Translations under genes and position numbers: made by a program
Source of the DNA: an uncultured Nitrospiraceae bacterium
Lineage (GTDB): Bacteria > Nitrospirota > Nitrospiria > Nitrospirales > Nitrospiraceae
Reading direction: 5' to 3'
DNA length: 64,000 bases
Assembly (NCBI GenBank): GCA_963846575.1
Contig: CAWJWJ010000001.1
Coordinates: 1,184,001-1,248,000, forward strand
In this document: in pieces, positions 43,260-52,449 of the stretch
Layout: every line of letters starts with the position of its first letter
Position numbering within the stretch: position 1 is the first letter of the stretch
Notes under the pieces: model-generated
The model's database searches: none
What the model was told of the DNA's origin: nothing
Seen by the model: the letters and a program-made list of their open reading frames with translations, nothing else

Positions 43260-45089
43260 TCAGGCTGATGCCGTGGGACGACGAGGTGGGCGGCGACCGC
43301 GTCCTCGATAACGATGCGCGGGGCCGCGACTCACACCTGGCAGGCGGATGGTGACGGTTGTTCCTTCGCCTGGTGTTCCCGAAATGCCGATGCTGCCCTG
43401 ATGCTCCTCGACAATTTTTTTGACCGTGGCGAGGCCCAGGCCGGTGCCGGATCGTTTCGTCGTAAAGAAGGGCTCGAAGACCTTGTCCACATGCTCCGGA
43501 GGAATCGGGGCTCCGTTGTTCTTGATCAGAATCTGGACTTCCAGGTGGCGTGCCGCCCGCTGGTTGCTCATCGCAATGGTCAGAATGCCGCCCGGTGTCA
43601 TTGCCTCGATCGCATTTTTGAAAATGCTGAGGAAGACCTGCTGCATCTTGGCTTCGTCCGCTCGAACGGGGGCCAGCAGGCCGGCGTATTCCTTGACCAC
43701 CTGAATGCGTGTGGCTTCCAATTCCGTCGCCACTACCGTAAGGGCGTTTTCGACCATTTCAGGGACCCGGCAGAGCCGGCGAGTCAGATCGAGGGGTTTG
43801 GCGAAGTCGAGAATCTCATTGAGAATCGCTTCAATGCGGATCAGATCTCGCATGGCGTTCTCAACCCTGGTCTGGGGATCGAAATCGAGAATTCCTTCCG
43901 CCGTGACTTCTTCCAGCTGGGCTCGAATCGAGGCCAACGGCTCGCGGACTTCGGTGGCGAGGAAGGCGCTGAACTCTCCGACGGCAGCCTGCCGTTCCTG
44001 TTTTCTGATAACCGGTTCCGCTGAGATGAGCGGCGCGGCACCCGGTTCGGCGCCCGGCGTTCCTTCAGCCTTTGCGGCGCTTGTTGCCGCTGGCGGAGCG
44101 GCCTGTAGCAATTCCACCAGCTTCAGGTTGATGGGTTCCAACTGGCGGGCGTCAGATACGGCGAAGCGGTCAGCTTCTTTCGATGCCAAGGTGATGGTGC
44201 CACCGACCTGGCCGCGCAAGAAGAACGGGAGAACGAGCGACGACTCAAACCGGTCCTTGTAGAGGTGTTTGTGATCGAGGAAGCGACCCTGTGTCGAAGC
44301 GAGATCGTGATCGACGCGGGGTTTCCTGTGCCTGACCACCCATCCGGCGGCGGAGGCATCGAGCGCCAGCCGCTGACCCGCCTTGAGATCCTTCTTTTGA
44401 TCCTTCGGGTCTGTTTTCTGCTCTCCCGCGATGCCGAGCACTTCAACATTGCCGGCCAGAGGATCGTAGGCCCCGATCCAGGCCCGATCAAAAGGGAGGG
44501 TCTGCCCAAGCTCGTTGAGGAGCAGGACGATTTTCTCCTGAATCTCAGGCGTCGCATGGGAGGTAGGCGCCGCATAGACGTCCGCCGGCGCGGCTACCGG
44601 AACCGGCTCCGCCACCACTAGAGGACGGCTGAGAATGACGTTCATGTCGAATAGGCTGTCCCGTTCGAGGGCTTTGGTAATATCGTCGCCGGCTTGCTCC
44701 AGCATGACCTTGTCTTTTTTGGCATAGGCGGCATTGTCCTTCCGGCCGATCACCAAAAAGCCGTAGGTTCGCTGGCGAAGCCGCAGCGGCATGCCGAGGA
44801 GCGATTTTGCGCCGGGCGTCACCAGGCGGAGTCGCATCGTGCGCGAGGCATCCGCGTCACTGGCGGCCGGCACGGTTGTCAGCACCTTTTGTGAGGAAAG
44901 AGTGCGGACAATCGATTGCACGTCGCGGGGTGTAAATCCGCGATGCACCTGCGTCGTGAGCGGTCCCTGTTCCTGGTGAAAAATCGCGACCAATGCGGCA
45001 TCGGCCGGCAATCCGTTGAGCACGGAGGTCAGGGTGCGTTGCAGATGGGTTTCGGCCGCGGCTTTACTTTGTTCGACTGAAGGACTCAT
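43260..45089 (-). CDS. GAF-GAF histidine-kinase-like protein lacking the phospho-acceptor His
   Basis: Two GAF-like regions; H-box ATEVREPL, N-box KNAIEAM, FEPFFTTK, GTGLGL. Confidence 0.85.
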   Translation of the reverse strand: MSPSVEQSKAAAETHLQRTLTSVLNGLPADAALVAIFHQEQGPLTTQVHRGFTPRDVQSIVRTLSSQKVLTTVPAASDADASRTMRLRLVTPGAKSLLGMPLRLRQRTYGFLVIGRKDNAAYAKKDKVMLEQAGDDITKALERDSLFDMNVILSRPLVVAEPVPVAAPADVYAAPTSHATPEIQEKIVLLLNELGQTLPFDRAWIGAYDPLAGNVEVLGIAGEQKTDPKDQKKDLKAGQRLALDASAAGWVVRHRKPRVDHDLASTQGRFLDHKHLYKDRFESSLVLPFFLRGQVGGTITLASKEADRFAVSDARQLEPINLKLVELLQAAPPAATSAAKAEGTPGAEPGAAPLISAEPVIRKQERQAAVGEFSAFLATEVREPLASIRAQLEEVTAEGILDFDPQTRVENAMRDLIRIEAILNEILDFAKPLDLTRRLCRVPEMVENALTVVATELEATRIQVVKEYAGLLAPVRADEAKMQQVFLSIFKNAIEAMTPGGILTIAMSNQRAARHLEVQILIKNNGAPIPPEHVDKVFEPFFTTKRSGTGLGLATVKKIVEEHQGSIGISGTPGEGTTVTIRLPGVSRGPAHRYRGRGRRPPRRPTASA

Positions 45090-45316
45090 CGACCTCAATG
45101 CAGAATGCTACCGACCTGGCAGGGGGTCATCGGTTGTGCGCCGATGCCTGTGGACTCTGAAGAGTCATGACCCGCAGCCCGTTCGAAACATGGTGCCCGT
45201 TATAGGTTGTGCGCTCTCCGCGGTGAAAGTCGAGCGTCGAGGCGCATTGTAGCAGCCGAATCCCGGTAACTCAAGAAATGCCGCATTGAGCCAGGATCTT
45301 TTTCGGAGCGGGTTGC

Positions 45317-45772
45317 TTAGTCGGGATTGATGATGGTCGGGGGGCGTTGAGACCGGTCGATCGTGCCGGGGCGAGTTTGCTCGACGGCCAGGATCATGTT
45401 CAGCAGGGCGCTGACCACGCTGATGACGAGGGCGCCCCAGAAGGAGGCCCCGAATCCGGCCACATTGAAGCCCTTCACAAGGGCGGCCGTCAGTTGGAGC
45501 AGCAGCGCGTTGATGACTACCATGAACAGGCCGAGCGAGACGACGATCAAGGGGAGTGACAGCAAATAGAGCAGTGGACGGATCAGTGTGTTCAGCAGGG
45601 TGAGCACGAGTACAGCCGCCACGCCGGAACCGAGGCTATTCGATTCGATGCCGGGCACGACCGTCAGCGCCAAAAAGACGGCGATCCCCATGATGAGCAC
45701 GCGCATCACGATGGGGCGGAGGCCGGGACCCGCCGTAGTCTGTTGCATATGCTGGATGCGAAAGACAGGCAT
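45317..45772 (-). CDS. Four-TM membrane protein, YvlD/'phage holin 4' family
   Basis: LLNTLIRPLL.LLSLPL..SLGLF..VINA, GF.V.GF.ASFWGA. Confidence 0.82.
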   Translation of the reverse strand: MPVFRIQHMQQTTAGPGLRPIVMRVLIMGIAVFLALTVVPGIESNSLGSGVAAVLVLTLLNTLIRPLLYLLSLPLIVVSLGLFMVVINALLLQLTAALVKGFNVAGFGASFWGALVISVVSALLNMILAVEQTRPGTIDRSQRPPTIINPD

Positions 45773-45778
45773 GGCTGG

Positions 45779-46123
45779 CTATTGAGCGGCCTTCGGTTTG
45801 GAATCCGAATAGTGGACTTCGGTGGCGATCAGCCCCTTGGCATCTTTTTCGGCTTCCACGACCACGCGATCCCCCACCTGAGGGGGACTCTTCGGTCTGC
45901 GAAGATTCCTTACCTTATACGTGGTTTTGTCCGTGAGTCGTACCGACACCGACTGGCCCTTGGGCGTTTTTATTTCCATGTGAGTCGCATCAATGACGGT
46001 GACGACGCCGAGCACATGCTGGCCGCTGCCATGGGCAGCCACCCATATCGGCGTACACATCAGAGTCAGCGCCACTACAATGAGTCGAAGGAATGTCACG
46101 GCCGTGTCCTTTCGTTGGGGCAT
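45779..46123 (-). CDS. Small exported beta-rich protein (OB-fold-like)
   Basis: Signal peptide then HGSGQHVLG...VGDRVVVE. Confidence 0.72.
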   Translation of the reverse strand: MPQRKDTAVTFLRLIVVALTLMCTPIWVAAHGSGQHVLGVVTVIDATHMEIKTPKGQSVSVRLTDKTTYKVRNLRRPKSPPQVGDRVVVEAEKDAKGLIATEVHYSDSKPKAAQ

Positions 46124-46125
46124 GT

Positions 46126-46740
46126 TCAGTGCTGATGGGCTCCTGCCGTTCCCGTGGCAGCATCGTCTCCCTGGAGGAATTGTTCGAACAATGCTTCTTC
46201 CTCCAGTTCTTGTTTCGTTTTGGGATTCAATGCCTTCATCGTCACCAACTCTTCCTCAGTCAGGCTCGGTAGATGGCGAATGAAATGGACCAGTTGCCAG
46301 CTGGTGCTGTCTTTCACCGGATCGCCGGTGCCCCAGGCTGGCATGCCGGTGAAGCGAATGCCGTTCTGGATGATGAAAAACAATTCTCCGTCGGACATGT
46401 TCTGCGTGTCAGCAAGACGCAAATCCGGAGATTTTGGATACATGTTCTTGCCGATGGCGGTCTGCCCGCTGCCATTATTGGCATGACAGCCGGCACAATG
46501 GTCGGCAAAGTGCGCCAGCCCTTCCTTGAGCAGCTCATCGGTCAGGGGAAGCGGATTACGCAGCCGCCGGTTTTCGATCGGGATGGCGAGATGCCGGAGC
46601 TGTCGGGCGATGAGGATTTCCAATTCGTTCGGTTCGGCCTTGGCGCTGAATCCGGTGGTGTAGGACTGGTACCCGAACCATCCCAACAGCGCCAGGGAGG
46701 CGAGAACGCCGACAACGAGGATCCCGCAGATCTTTTTCAC
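46126..46740 (-). CDS. Membrane-anchored monoheme cytochrome c
   Basis: CAGCH, GIRFTGMPAW. Confidence 0.88.
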   Translation of the reverse strand: MKKICGILVVGVLASLALLGWFGYQSYTTGFSAKAEPNELEILIARQLRHLAIPIENRRLRNPLPLTDELLKEGLAHFADHCAGCHANNGSGQTAIGKNMYPKSPDLRLADTQNMSDGELFFIIQNGIRFTGMPAWGTGDPVKDSTSWQLVHFIRHLPSLTEEELVTMKALNPKTKQELEEEALFEQFLQGDDAATGTAGAHQH

Positions 46741-46846
46741 CGGTCACACACCTCTCTCCTGGGTCACAACGCCCTTCTACAATATACAGACTCATCCGAA
46801 TGAATGCCAATCAGTCCGGAGACGAGCGTCCAACAGGGTGATGTCA

Positions 46847-47659
46847 CTAAGTAGAGGACGCAGGGGGCGTGAGCAGGCGGACTGCGACCAGGGCCGTGAC
46901 AGGTACATACATCAGCAGACCCGTCGTCCCCTGCAGCAGTTCACCGATCCAGAAGGTAACGCCGAGGTTAAATGCAAGCACCCCATAATAGAGACCGCCT
47001 CCCAGCAGGAGGCGATGGGTGCTTGAAGGACGGTGCTCCGGAAGGGGAGCACGGAGCCTCCGGTCGAGAGGAAAATAGATCAGCAGGGAGATCAGTCCGA
47101 CGACTGCCCACCCGGCGTAATTCGCCATCGGAACCCCAAAATGTACGCCGGGATCCGGATAATAATAAATTTTCCCCAGGAACCATCGATCGCCCCGCAA
47201 GGCGACCGGATCGATCACCATATCGATGAAGGCGAAGAACAGCACGGTGAGCGTCAGGACCTGCCAGGACGTGCGGAGCGGCAGATCGAATTCCAATTCC
47301 ACCAGCCGGGGAGGGGACGAAGCGGTGGACCAGGGGCGGATCGGCAACAGGCACAGGAGGGCCAGGCAATAACTGGCAAACAGCAGGAACGAAAATGAAA
47401 TCGAGTCCATGAAGGGAATGTTGGACAGGTACAACTCCTGCCCCATCGTGGATCCATTATAAAAATACCAACCGAACGGAATCCCGTTCCGCGTGCTCGA
47501 AAATTCACACAGGAAGGCGGTGCCCCAACTGATGAGCCAGAAGCGCCAGGTCCGCGGCCAGCCGATCAGCTGGACGGCGGCAAATAAAAAGGCCCCCAGG
47601 AAGATGAAGACGTAGGGCCGAAAGGCGATGGTCTTTAGAAAGAGAACGAAGAATTCCAT
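46847..47659 (-). CDS. DUF422/CruF-like membrane protein (carotenoid-biosynthesis family)
   Basis: E...GIPFG.Y.Y, DMVIDPVA, GVPMANYAGW. Confidence 0.8.
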   Translation of the reverse strand: MEFFVLFLKTIAFRPYVFIFLGAFLFAAVQLIGWPRTWRFWLISWGTAFLCEFSSTRNGIPFGWYFYNGSTMGQELYLSNIPFMDSISFSFLLFASYCLALLCLLPIRPWSTASSPPRLVELEFDLPLRTSWQVLTLTVLFFAFIDMVIDPVALRGDRWFLGKIYYYPDPGVHFGVPMANYAGWAVVGLISLLIYFPLDRRLRAPLPEHRPSSTHRLLLGGGLYYGVLAFNLGVTFWIGELLQGTTGLLMYVPVTALVAVRLLTPPASST

Positions 47660-47751
47660 CGAGGCTCACTGTCCGCTGATCGATGAGCGATAGACCCGTC
47701 GAGGCAGGCGGTGACTGATCATTCGCGATACGGCATCCTGCATGGGTAATG

Positions 47752-48735
47752 TCATGCGTAGCCGTGATTGCGGAACCACCGCACCGCCTTTTCGAGCGCG
47801 GTCTCGACCGGTGTTTGGGGCAGGCCGAGTTCTCTGATGGCTTTGCTGCAGTCGTAGTGCATCTTGTATTTGGCCATCCGGACCCCTTCAAGCGGAATTC
47901 GTGGCGGGATGCCGGTCAGGTTCGAGACCCAGTGATTGGCATAGGCCAGCGGCAGAATAGCGACGCGCGGCAGCTTGATGGTGGGGGCTTTGACGCCGGT
48001 GAGACGGCTCAAGATCTGAAAGACGTCATTCAGCAAAAGATTGGTATTCCCAAGGATATACCGCTCCCCCACGCGCCCCTTCTCCATGGCTAACAGGTGC
48101 CCCTGGGCGACATCGTCCACGTCGATCAGATTCATGCCGGTTTCGATATAGGCGGGCATCCGGCCTTTCATGAAATCCAGGATGATGTGGCCGGTGGGCG
48201 TGGGTTTTACGTCCGCCTCTCCGACCGGTGCGCTGGGATTTACGATGACGACCGGGAATCCTGCTCGCGCCAGTTTCAGCACTTCCTGCTCGGCCAGGTA
48301 TTTCGACCGTTTGTAGTGACCGGCCATCTGATCCAGTGAGACAGGTGTCTCTTCCGTCCCCAGCCCGCCGCCCGCCGGGAGCCCGATCGCGCCGATGGTG
48401 CTGCAATAGACGGTACGGTCGATGCCGACTTCGCGAGCGGTTTCCAGCAGCGTGCGCGTGCCGGTCACGTTGATGTCGTAGAAAATGGAAGGATCTTTCG
48501 CCCAGAGGGCGTAATGCGCGGCGACATGGTACAGGTGCCGGCAGCCGGCCAGGGCGCGACGGAGCGACTCGGCATCGCGTAGGTCTCCGATGACCTGGTC
48601 GACCGGGAGCCCGGCGAGGTTCTGGAGGTCCGCGCCGTTTCTGGACAGCACCCGTACCTCAACGCCGGCTTTGACCAAGGCGCGGGCCACCGCACCACCG
48701 ACAAATCCGGTTGCTCCGGTTACGAGGGCTTTCAT
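47752..48735 (-). CDS. hpnA: Hopanoid-associated NAD-dependent epimerase/dehydratase
   Basis: TGATGFVG, HVAAHY.LW, YKRSK, DVKPTPTG. Confidence 0.85.
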   Translation of the reverse strand: MKALVTGATGFVGGAVARALVKAGVEVRVLSRNGADLQNLAGLPVDQVIGDLRDAESLRRALAGCRHLYHVAAHYALWAKDPSIFYDINVTGTRTLLETAREVGIDRTVYCSTIGAIGLPAGGGLGTEETPVSLDQMAGHYKRSKYLAEQEVLKLARAGFPVVIVNPSAPVGEADVKPTPTGHIILDFMKGRMPAYIETGMNLIDVDDVAQGHLLAMEKGRVGERYILGNTNLLLNDVFQILSRLTGVKAPTIKLPRVAILPLAYANHWVSNLTGIPPRIPLEGVRMAKYKMHYDCSKAIRELGLPQTPVETALEKAVRWFRNHGYA

Positions 48736-48850
48736 CGGTGAGACCCTGGAAGACATGAGGCGTGACAGCCGGCACGATTGTATTGCCTGACGGGACGACG
48801 GTGAAAGTGAGCGATTAAGCGCGTCACGAGATATGCTTCACGAAGGACGG

Positions 48851-49774
48851 TTAGTTCTTCCGCGAGGTGATGTAGCGAGCCAGTGCGCGGAGGGGATCGG
48901 CTTTGGCACCGAAGGAAGCGAGACGGTCGTTGGCGCGAGTGACGCAGTCCTCGGCCAATTGTTTCGCCCCGTCCACGCCGTAAAACGTGGGATAGGTTTT
49001 TTTGCCCCGTTGCGCGTCGGTATTGGGGTTTTTCCCGAGTTCCTCGCGCGTGCCGGTCACGTTCAGGACGTCGTCGGCAATCTGGAAGGCCAAGCCGATG
49101 TTTTCGGCGTAGACCGTCAAATCCTCGAGTTGTGCGGGAGTCGCCCCGGCGGTAATCGCGCCCATCCGGACGGCCGCCCTGATGAGCATGCCGGTCTTGT
49201 GTTTGTGGATGGACTGCAGGGTCGTCAGATCGATGTCCTTGTTTTCCGCTTGAATGTCCAACACCTGCCCGCCGACCATTCCGACATTGCCCGACCCCAG
49301 GGTCAGTTCGCGGACCAGCCGAACCTGGCGGACCGCGTCGAGACCAGGAGCGCCATTCGAGCTCGTGCAGAGTTCAAAGGCCATAGTCAGGAGGGCATCG
49401 CCGGCTAAAATGGCCATGGCCTCGCCGTAGACCTTGTGATTGGTCGGTTTCCCCCGGCGGAAATCGTCATTGTCCATTGCGGGGAGATCGTCGTGAATGA
49501 GGGAATAGGTATGAATCAATTCCAGGGAAGAGGCGACCGGGAGCACGGCTTCACCCGGTTCGCCGACTGCTTCCGCTGCGGCGATCGCCAGAATGGGGCG
49601 TATCCGTTTCCCGCCGGCAAACAGGCTGTACCGCATGCTTTCATGCAGGGTCGTCGGCATGGTCTCGGCCGAGGGAATGACCGACTGTAGATAGCGGTCC
49701 ACATGCTCGCGTTTTCGTTCGAGATACTGGCGGATATCCATGCCGGTCGGGGTGAGCTGACTCGTGGGACTCAT
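48851..49774 (-). CDS. ispA: Farnesyl/geranylgeranyl diphosphate synthase
   Basis: GGKRIRP, HDDLPAMDNDDFRRG, FQIADD, KKTYP. Confidence 0.93.
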   Translation of the reverse strand: MSPTSQLTPTGMDIRQYLERKREHVDRYLQSVIPSAETMPTTLHESMRYSLFAGGKRIRPILAIAAAEAVGEPGEAVLPVASSLELIHTYSLIHDDLPAMDNDDFRRGKPTNHKVYGEAMAILAGDALLTMAFELCTSSNGAPGLDAVRQVRLVRELTLGSGNVGMVGGQVLDIQAENKDIDLTTLQSIHKHKTGMLIRAAVRMGAITAGATPAQLEDLTVYAENIGLAFQIADDVLNVTGTREELGKNPNTDAQRGKKTYPTFYGVDGAKQLAEDCVTRANDRLASFGAKADPLRALARYITSRKN

Positions 49775-49815
49775 GCTGAATTCGTTCGAACGCCGTGGCT
49801 CTCCATGTGCGCGAG

Positions 49816-49845
49816 AGAGTAGCAAAGGGGTTTGAGGGCTGTCAA
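49816..49845 (-). promoter_or_regulatory. Sigma70 promoter of ispA
   Basis: TTGACA-N18-TACTCT with extended TG. Confidence 0.55.
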
Positions 49846-49946
49846 ACGGGGAGAGAGAGTTCAACGCACTCGGACGAGCGTAGTGTATCGTACCTCTCCC
49901 ACCGCTCCTTGTTTTTTCTTCGACCCGTTCGCTATACTCCCCCGAT

Positions 49947-50237
49947 ATGAGTATTCGCAAGGCAGCCGGTGAGTGGGAGCCCATGCTCTTGGGGATCGAG
50001 CCTCGCAATTGCAAGGTATGTGAGCAGGGGCTGTATCGCGACAAAACGATGTTCCGCGGCGGCTGGTCCCGGTGTGCCGTGTGCGATGAATTCGTGCACT
50101 ATAGTTGTCTGGCTAGCGGTAAAGTCAGCTTTCTCAAGGCCCGTCCGCGCATCTGTAAGACCTGTCGCGCCGCTGAGGAACAGGCGAAGCAGATTGCGCT
50201 CCCTCCGTCAAGCCAACCAGCGCCAGTCGGATCATGA
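49947..50237 (+). CDS. Small C4HC3 (PHD-like) zinc-finger protein
   Basis: CKVC-x17-CAVC-x4-H-x2-C-x15-CKTC; TATACT 8 nt before the ATG; ATGA overlap with the next gene. Confidence 0.72.
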   Translation: MSIRKAAGEWEPMLLGIEPRNCKVCEQGLYRDKTMFRGGWSRCAVCDEFVHYSCLASGKVSFLKARPRICKTCRAAEEQAKQIALPPSSQPAPVGS

Positions 50238-50569
50238 CCCTCCTCCTCGACCCGCAGCAGCGATCAGCCAGACCAGGCTGGCACGCGTTTTTTTACCACG
50301 CCATCCGGTATGTGCTGGCGCCCGTGCTGTTTATCTCTGGCGGGTTCTTCACGTCCAATTTCATCCTGAGCGGGCATTACACTTGGCCAAGAACGAGCCG
50401 GGTGTTCGTGCTGACGCTCACGTTGATGATCCTGGCCTACGAGTTCATTTACAAGGACCGTACAGTGCCGTCGGCGTCACCGGAGCGGGCCTTCAACGCC
50501 GTGCTGTATTCCTGTATGATTCCGTACGCCTTCGGCGTCCTGCTGATGTGGGCGTTAGCGAACCTCTAG
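50234..50569 (+). CDS. Small three-TM membrane protein
   Basis: Three hydrophobic segments; overlaps the previous stop. Confidence 0.72.
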   Translation: MTLLLDPQQRSARPGWHAFFYHAIRYVLAPVLFISGGFFTSNFILSGHYTWPRTSRVFVLTLTLMILAYEFIYKDRTVPSASPERAFNAVLYSCMIPYAFGVLLMWALANL

Positions 50570-50616
50570 CCGGTGCCGGACGCGGGAATCATCGGCCGGT
50601 CTCCCCACAGGTGACT

Positions 50617-50991
50617 ATGGGACAGCGTTTTCAAAGTGGTGCCTTCGTCCAGCAATGCTTCGCCGTCCATCCGCTCTGTTTATCGCTGAAGCGCATGGAC
50701 GGGGATGGCCGGTTGTTCGTCGCCTGTACATCCTGCCGTATGATGCATCATCTGCTGATTGAGCAGATCGTCGCGCGAGTCGCCGCCGTGCCGCTCGGCG
50801 GCGAGTCGATCAGCGCGAAAACAATTCCGACCGCGAAGGAACTCCTGACCGCCTGCCTCCAGACCCACCCCGAGGCGGTTACCATTCGGGAGTTAGACGT
50901 GATCCGGGACAATGTCGGCTTGCGTTGCGCCGAATGTCGCCGCATGTTCGATCTGCAAGTCTCCACATTCGAATCTCACCAGAAGTCGTAA
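50617..50991 (+). CDS. Small protein with duplicated CxxxHP...CxxCR motif
   Basis: AGGTGA SD; CFAVHP...CTSCR and CLQTHP...CAECR. Confidence 0.7.
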   Translation: MGQRFQSGAFVQQCFAVHPLCLSLKRMDGDGRLFVACTSCRMMHHLLIEQIVARVAAVPLGGESISAKTIPTAKELLTACLQTHPEAVTIRELDVIRDNVGLRCAECRRMFDLQVSTFESHQKS

Positions 50992-50996
50992 TCCAC

Positions 50997-51626
50997 GTGG
51001 CGCCGTCTCAAGAGGAGCTCAGCCTGACCTCGGATGAGCTCAGGCTGGTTGCCGACGGGGACCTGTTTCGAGCGAAAGAACGCATCATCCTCAAAGTTCT
51101 GGGTTGGTTCCCGGAACTTCAGCGAGGTCTTCAGGAAGAAGTTGGCCGGAACGTCCTGCTGTTGCCGCCCGAGTTCGATACGAGGAAGATGCAGTCGGTA
51201 AAAGGCGAGCGGCTGGAGAACTGTCCCTACCAATATCTGGACTATCCCAAACATTTTCTCGGCGAGGACAAGTTCACGTTTCGATCGCTATGCTGGTGGG
51301 GACACCACCTCGCGTTCGCGATGATCATCGAGGGCGGACAGGTCAAGCAGTACAAGAAGAACTTCGTCGACCGGTTCCACCAACTGGCCGGTCAGGATCT
51401 GGAACTTTCATTAGCTCCGACGCTCTGGGAATGGAAACGGGGCGAGGGCTATACCCTCCCGATTACGCACGATCGGAAAGCGCAGCTGGCGGCAGTGCTG
51501 GCGGGACGTTCACGGTTCAAACTCATCCGGTTCGTGCCGTTGGATTCGCCGGCCATACTTGAGGGCCGTGTGTGTGAGCTGGGCCGAGAGACCTTCCGCA
51601 CCCTGCTCCCGCTGCTGACTCCCTGA
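50997..51626 (+). CDS. Hypothetical protein
   Basis: Coherent ORF (KGERLENCPYQYLDYP, FRSLCWWGH) following the previous gene. Confidence 0.72.
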   Translation: MAPSQEELSLTSDELRLVADGDLFRAKERIILKVLGWFPELQRGLQEEVGRNVLLLPPEFDTRKMQSVKGERLENCPYQYLDYPKHFLGEDKFTFRSLCWWGHHLAFAMIIEGGQVKQYKKNFVDRFHQLAGQDLELSLAPTLWEWKRGEGYTLPITHDRKAQLAAVLAGRSRFKLIRFVPLDSPAILEGRVCELGRETFRTLLPLLTP

Positions 51627-51777
51627 TGCGCCCGCTGCCTGTGCCTATCTCTCTCACGCCCCCGTTCAGGACCGGACTGAGGGCTGATCCTAGCGCCCTT
51701 CAGGTTTGTCATCCAGGTTCGAGTTGGGTAGACTGTGGGCCGTCTTAGGAGAACCCACTTACTGACAGGAGGAATGT

Positions 51778-52428
51778 GTGATTGCACTGGGATGTCGGAT
51801 CGCAAGTCAGGTTGGTATCGCGGTAGGTCTGGCGCTAGTCTGGGGCTGTGCGGGAACCGGGGAAATGGTATCGCTCAACGTGCAGCCGCGGCAGCCGTTC
51901 GTTCAAAGCGGCCAGCCGGAACCGTTGAAGATCGTCATTTTGCCGTTTGAAGATCTCCGCGCAGACAAAACGAAGATCGGCCAACGCACCCATCTGGGCG
52001 GCGGCGTCACGAATTTCAACGTCAATGGAAGTGTGCCCGGTGTGACCATCGCCGAGGCATTGGCGGAGGCTTTGCGCTGGCAGGGGTGGAACCGCCGCGG
52101 ATGGGACGCGCGGGTCGTCCAGTCGGGGGTCGAGATCTCGGGGGCGGATATCGTCATCTCAGGAGACATACAGGAATTCTCGACTCATGCGAAAAGCCGC
52201 GTGTTCAATACGAAACTGAAGGGCGAGAGCCGGCTGGTCATTCGGGCGAAGAATCTCACCGACGACAGCAGCACTCAGCGCAATATCCAGGGCGAACAGA
52301 CCAAGCTCGTGTTCTGGTTCACCAGCGAGGATATCGAAACCCTCATGTCCGCGCTCCTGCAGGATGGAATTGACCGTTTTATCACGGATACGAAGATCGA
52401 AGGCCGCGCCTTGAAGTCCGCCAAGTGA
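51778..52428 (+). CDS. Lipoprotein (YajG-like, tentative)
   Basis: AGGAGG SD, lipobox VWGC, PFEDLR. Confidence 0.75.
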   Translation: MIALGCRIASQVGIAVGLALVWGCAGTGEMVSLNVQPRQPFVQSGQPEPLKIVILPFEDLRADKTKIGQRTHLGGGVTNFNVNGSVPGVTIAEALAEALRWQGWNRRGWDARVVQSGVEISGADIVISGDIQEFSTHAKSRVFNTKLKGESRLVIRAKNLTDDSSTQRNIQGEQTKLVFWFTSEDIETLMSALLQDGIDRFITDTKIEGRALKSAK

Positions 52429-52449
52429 GGGACGGGTGCTGGACCGGCG

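Noticed and set aside
45317..45772. Prophage suggested by the 'holin' family and the excisionase-like gene
   Set aside because: No integrase, structural or lysin genes; this family is commonly chromosomal
49969..50616. N-terminal 216 aa of the 340-aa ORF 49969..50991
   Set aside because: Overlaps two better genes in other frames; only the part from ATG 50617 (with SD) looks coding
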